This document shows, one piece after another, positions 7,822 to 11,840 of a stretch of DNA of 11,840 nt. The stretch lies in contig NW_021826874.1 in the NCBI RefSeq assembly GCF_006345805.1, positions 1 through 11,840 on the forward strand, given 5' to 3'. The notes beneath the pieces were generated by a model. It had not been told where the DNA came from. It was given only the letters and a program-made list of their open reading frames with translations, and did no database searches. The position numbers were made by a program, and so were the translations under genes. Each line of letters begins with the position of its first letter. Position 1 is the stretch's first letter. The DNA is from Octopus sinensis. Its lineage: Eukaryota.

Positions 7822-9373
7822 TTTCATCAGGGTTAGAAACCGACATAAAAGAATCACATCTCAATGGATCGAGTGATCATTGCTAGACCCGTATTAAATT
7901 CAGATATGTGCGCGTGCGCATATTAATGTTTGTTTTTAAAGAAAAACGTTGCTTGGGTATTCTCTTTACTCTTTTACTTGTTTCAGTTATTTTGACTGTG
8001 GCCATGCTGGAGCACCGCCTTTAGTCGAGCAAATCGACCCCAGGACTTATTCTTAGTAAGCCTAGTACTTATTCTATCGGTCTCTTTTGCCGAACCGTTA
8101 AGTTACAGTGATGTAAACACACCAGCATCGGTTGTTAAGCAATGCTGGGGGTGACAAACACAGACACACAAACATACAGACACACATATATGTATATATA
8201 TAACATATATACGGCGGGCTTCTTTCAGTTTCCATCTACCAAATCTACTCACAAGGCTTTGGTCGGCCCGAAGCTATAGTAGAAGACACTTGCCCAAGGT
8301 GCCACGCAGTGGGACTGAACCCGGAACCATGTGGTTGGTAAGTAAGCTACTTACCACACAGCCACTCCTTTAAATATAGAAACATACGGGTATATGCAAT
8401 TTTGTTTAACTATTATTTTTATTTCTATTGTATTTGTGTGCGGGTACGTGTCAATATATTTTGAAAAACAAAGGAACCGTTAGATCGCATCCATTAGATT
8501 GTAACCGTTAGATTGTAATCTTTGTGTCGTTGAGTTTTTCAAATTTTTACTTCTAAACGTAGACTTCTAAACGGTAAAAGGGGGTGTGGATTATCCTGTG
8601 TGCACGCCTCCAAATACGTGTTTAAAAATTATAGCTAAAAATAATAAAGGGACTAAAATTATGAATTGATTATCTAATAGATGTAAGTAGGTATTCTACA
8701 ATAAAAAATTATAATAATATTAAAATAAAAATTAATATTAAAGTGAAATATAATAAATATTTATTGGTTAATAGATAATTGTAAATATTAATGTGTTCCT
8801 CTCATTATAAAAACTGTATATATATATTGTGCACAAATATATATATTTTGTACACAAATGACTAGAATGCAGCTACCGTATCACAATAAGCAGATTGAAT
8901 TCGTCACGGTCACGTGGTAGACGATAAACAAAAACTATGATTAATAGTACAAATTATATTAATTAAAAAAGTAGTGATCTAACGTTAAAACTAGAAGTAA
9001 TGACCAAGTGACTTTGAAACTAATTCATAGGTAATTAAAAAACTATATTGGCATTTCCTAGTCTCGCAAGTAATAACGGTAATTTAAGAATGAATAGTTT
9101 TACTTACCATTAACTATACCGAGAGTATTGTTTATACAATCTAACGGTTCCTTTGTTTTTCAAATATATTGACACGTACACGCACACAAATACAATTAAA
9201 AATAGAAATAGTAATAAAACAAAGTTACATATACTCAAGTAACGTTCTTTTTTTAAAAAATAATATTAACATGTGCACGCGCACATATCTGAATTTAATA
9301 CTGAGTCTACCAATGATCACTCAATCCGTTCAGATGTGATTCTTTTTCATGTCGGTTTCTAAAACTGATGAAA
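7822..9373. mobile_element. Non-autonomous DNA transposon (MITE/foldback-like) with ~235-bp TIRs
   Basis: Left arm 7822-7960 plus 8394-8485 is the imperfect reverse complement of 9139-9373. Ends read TA|TTTCATCAG...CTGATGAAA|TA. The AT-rich interior has no ORF. Confidence 0.85.
7961..8369 (-). mobile_element. Full-length tRNA-derived CORE-type SINE (octopus OR-like) inserted in the left TIR
   Basis: A-box TGGCTGTGTGG (rc 8354-8364), B-box GGTTCAGTCCC (rc 8311-8321), CORE-like ACCTTGGGCAAGTGTCTT (rc 8283-8300), internal TA/TG microsatellite, GTAAAAGAGTAAAGAGA tail. GGGTAT is duplicated at 7955-7960 and 8388-8393. Confidence 0.9.
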
Positions 9374-9453
9374 TATATATATATATATTTCATTTATAAC
9401 TCATTAAAATTCAACCAATTGCAATTGGTTGAATATATATATATATATTTCAT

Positions 9454-9651
9454 CGCCATGATAGATCGTTAGCCACTACACATATTTTTTTCACTCCTTG
9501 TTTCTCTCCTTGTTTTTTCTGTGTCCCTTTCTGTAGAAGAGCGTAGGCTCGAAACGTAAAAGACTTTTTTCTATTCCTGAGCGTTATACAATACATCTGT
9601 TTGTTTTGTACACCACCTGTCTTCGTCTTTTGTTTTATTTTCGTAAACTCT

Positions 9652-9655
<4 letters not shown>
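9454..9655 (+). mobile_element. Interspersed repeat abutting (TA)n, probable Penelope-like pseudo-LTR fragment
   Basis: T-rich segment carrying a minimal hammerhead-like motif and ending directly in (TA)n. Resembles a common octopus repeat from memory; the family assignment is inference. Confidence 0.5.
9527..9562 (+). ncRNA. Candidate minimal type I hammerhead ribozyme with variant core
   Basis: CUUU-CUGUAGAA-GAGC-GUAG-GCUC-GAAA-CG-UA-AAAG: stem I CUUU/AAAG, stem II GAGC/GCUC, GAAA, loopless palindromic stem III (ACGU), GUA cleavage triplet. The core differs from CUGANGA. Confidence 0.45.
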
Positions 9656-9693
<38 letters not shown>

Positions 9694-9716
9694 TATGATA
9701 TATATATATATATATA
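9656..9716. repeat. (TA)n microsatellite
   Basis: Direct array. Confidence 0.97.
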
Positions 9717-9924
9717 CATACATATACAACAAGCTCCTTTCAGCTCAGTTTCCGTCTATCAAAACCAACCAATTGCAATTGGTTTGATTTTAATGAGTTA
9801 TAAATGAAACTGACATGAGGGCTATTCAACAACAGCGAAAACTTCCAGTCACATTCACCTTCAAAGCTTCTATCTGTCTATTTCTCTCACATACCTTTTC
9901 TCTGTTTTCTTTCCTTCTGTCATC

Positions 9925-9981
9925 TTCTCTCTCTCTCTCTTGCTCTCTCTCTCGCTCTCTCTCTCGCTCTCTCTCTCTCGC

Positions 9982-10013
<32 letters not shown>

Positions 10014-10024
10014 CCTCTCTCTCT
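9925..10024. repeat. (CT)n microsatellite with periodic CG interruptions
   Basis: Direct array occupying the tail position of the adjacent SINE. Confidence 0.95.
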
Positions 10025-10250
10025 CTTGTTTCGGTCATTTGACTGCGGCCATGCTGGAGCACCGCTTTTAGTCGAGTAAATCGGCCCCAGGACTTATTCT
10101 TTGTAAGCTTAGCACTTATTCTATAGGTCTCTTTTGCCGAACCGTTACGTTACGGGGACATAAGCACACCAGCATCGGTTGTCAAGCGATTTTGGGGTGA
10201 GGGGACAAACACAGACACACAAACACATATATATATATATACACACACGG
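10025..10250 (-). mobile_element. Headless copy of the CORE-type SINE
   Basis: Highly similar to ~7977-8215 and stops just after the internal TA/CA microsatellite. Confidence 0.9.
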
Positions 10251-10619
10251 TTTTGAATGACCATAGAAAGTGTGAGCACTCTAACTGAAAAATTGTGGAT
10301 TTGTATAAAGCACACACACACACACAGACATTTTGCCGTTCATATGTAGAGAGATATCTATTTTCAGACATGTATTTTGTTCGTTTTCTTGCATGCCTAT
10401 GAAACGTAGACATAATACTCAAGACATAACACTAGTAGATCACTTTTGACATTGTCTTTGGCAAATTTTTTACGTATAATTTGAAAAGACAATGTGAGCG
10501 ATATTGAACGAGAAAATACTGTAGGAGTTGTACAGACATATCATAGGTCCATGCATGGTTATATATGATTAAGAAATGCTCCATTGCGCGGCATATTATT
10601 TCAACAGACACATATGTGT

Positions 10620-10735
10620 GTCTGTGTGTCCTCCATTCTTATTCATGACAATGGGGTGGAGGCGCGGTTTGTTTCACTAAACCCTTCAAGTTGGTGCCCA
10701 TGTCCAGTATAGGTGCAGTCCAATGTCTGAAACAA
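10620..10735 (+). mobile_element. Degenerate SINE 3' fragment
   Basis: GCAGTCCAATGTCTGAAACAA (10715-10735) matches the reverse complement of 7442-7462 at 20/21. The left boundary is approximate. Confidence 0.65.
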
Positions 10736-11323
10736 TCCATGTAGTGGAATCACCCCTTCTTGCCTGCTCCAATGAAGGTCAAGGTCGTTTCATCTGCCGG
10801 GAAGGAGACAACCTCAGTCTTTTGGGATGCAAAATGGCATTGTATTTATTGACTATATTCAAAAGGGCCACACCATCAATGGAGATTACTACGCCAGCTT
10901 GCTAAGGCAGTTATGAAAGGCTATCGGGTCCAAATGCCCAGGAAAATTAGCGAAAGAAGTCATGTCTCATGCAGTTAATGATCCAGCACACAAGTTCTTC
11001 GTTTCAATGGCTGCTGCTATGCGTGACCGTGTCTTTGGATTAGTTGATCACCATCACTATTCTCCTGATTTCACTCTATCTGACTATTATCTGTTCCCTA
11101 ACATGAAAAACACTTGGCTGAGGAACAGTATCGCAGTGTTGGTGACGTCATATCTGCTGTTGATGACTTTTTGACCAACAGGGTGAAAGCTTCTTAACCA
11201 ATGGGAACGAAGCACTGTAACACCGATGGAAGAAGTGTGGGGGTCTCAAGGGAGACAACCTTCATTTGATCACATTCCCTGTGAGTGTCCTTGGCAGCCT
11301 ATGAACTTTTCAGCCGACTCTCG
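10730..11323 (+). mobile_element. Decayed mariner (DD34D) transposon, 3' half with right TIR
   Basis: Across frameshifts: KQSM*WNHP...KVVSSAGKETTSVFWDAK-GIVFIDYIQKGHTINGDYYASLLRQL*KAI...HAVNDPAHK...HHYSPDFTLSDYYLFPNMK-HLA...HRWKKC...GD, i.e. a degenerate HQDNAPAH and YSPDLAPSD. TIR ...CAGCCTATGAACTTTTCAGCCGACTCTCG is followed by TA at 11324-11325. Confidence 0.93.
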
Positions 11324-11360
11324 TATTATCGTTACACATGACGTGGCTGTGTATCTATGA

Positions 11361-11746
11361 CTAGCAGTATCGCCCGGCGTTGCTCGGGTTTGTTTCGACC
11401 CTTTAGAATTGGAATTTTTGAAAAGTAAAACTTTTGCATTATGTAGCTTATACTCTTTAAGTGACCATTTTTTCTGGTTGAAATACACCGAAAAATGGCG
11501 GCACAGCAGTCAAAAAATCGTAAAATATAGGAATTTTCATAGAAAAAAAGCACCTTTTTTATGTAAATAATATTTGGTGTTAACATGGTCCAATTTGAAT
11601 TTTTTCTTCTACGGAAGGAAGAACACCCTTCTTCTATCATTCTCTCAATTTTGGTCAACTCGCGCTGCCGGGTCTCGGAGGAGATAGTGTTAGTTGAAGG
11701 CTACCAAACCTGCCATACACAGACAACTTCAGCTTAACATATATAT
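11361..11746 (-). mobile_element. Non-autonomous Helitron
   Basis: The minus-strand 3' end has a GC hairpin CCCGAGCAACGCCGGG (rc 11373-11388), 8 nt, then CTAG followed by T. The other end is ATATATATGTTAAGCTGAAG, with the expected 5' TC not preserved. Confidence 0.75.
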
Positions 11747-11840
11747 TATACGCTATTTTAGCTATTTTTCGGGAAGAAGGTTTATGTTCCTATAACCTGT
11801 GTTTAATTCTGTAACCCTTTAAAATGAAAGATAAGAAAGT

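Larger units (their letters stand above)
9388..9809. repeat. 44-bp inverted repeat pair (9388-9431 and 9766-9809), each copy containing a palindrome
   Basis: 42/44 match by manual alignment; both copies contain AACCAATTGCAATTGGTT. Confidence 0.9.

Noticed and set aside
8290-8369. tRNA gene
   Set aside because: The A/B boxes belong to a SINE head followed by a SINE body; there is no complete cloverleaf. The same applies to 7337-7421 and 2998-3055.
10962-11174. Functional transposase or SETMAR-like gene
   Set aside because: In-frame stops, frameshifts, a mutated second catalytic Asp and no N-terminal half.

Overview
Repeat-dense, AT-rich eukaryotic DNA with no intact gene. The mix of (TACA)n, (CA)n, (CT)n, (TA)n and (TATC)n microsatellites and tRNA-derived SINEs suggests an octopus/cephalopod genome; that is an inference from recalled repeat families, not a database result. 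Almost all ORFs in the supplied track are microsatellite artefacts. Well-supported content: (1) a decayed minus-strand RTE LINE with a second, GC-rich, stop-free RTE 3' end inserted into it with a 12-bp TSD; (2) a BovB-like RTE 3' end whose tail is a (GATA)n array; (3) several SINEs, two with TSDs; (4) a ~1.1-kb non-coding element with ~235-bp terminal inverted repeats, one arm split by a SINE; (5) an adjacent knot of inverted, direct and palindromic repeats that looks like a template-switch scar; (6) a decayed mariner transposase with its 3' TIR; (7) a non-autonomous Helitron. More tentative: a minimal hammerhead-ribozyme-like motif with a variant core in a probable Penelope-type pLTR, and two minus-strand candidate exons that splice in frame. 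I cannot demonstrate a new biological system here. The best leads are the variant hammerhead, the long-TIR element, the template-switch scar and the GC-rich nested RTE.
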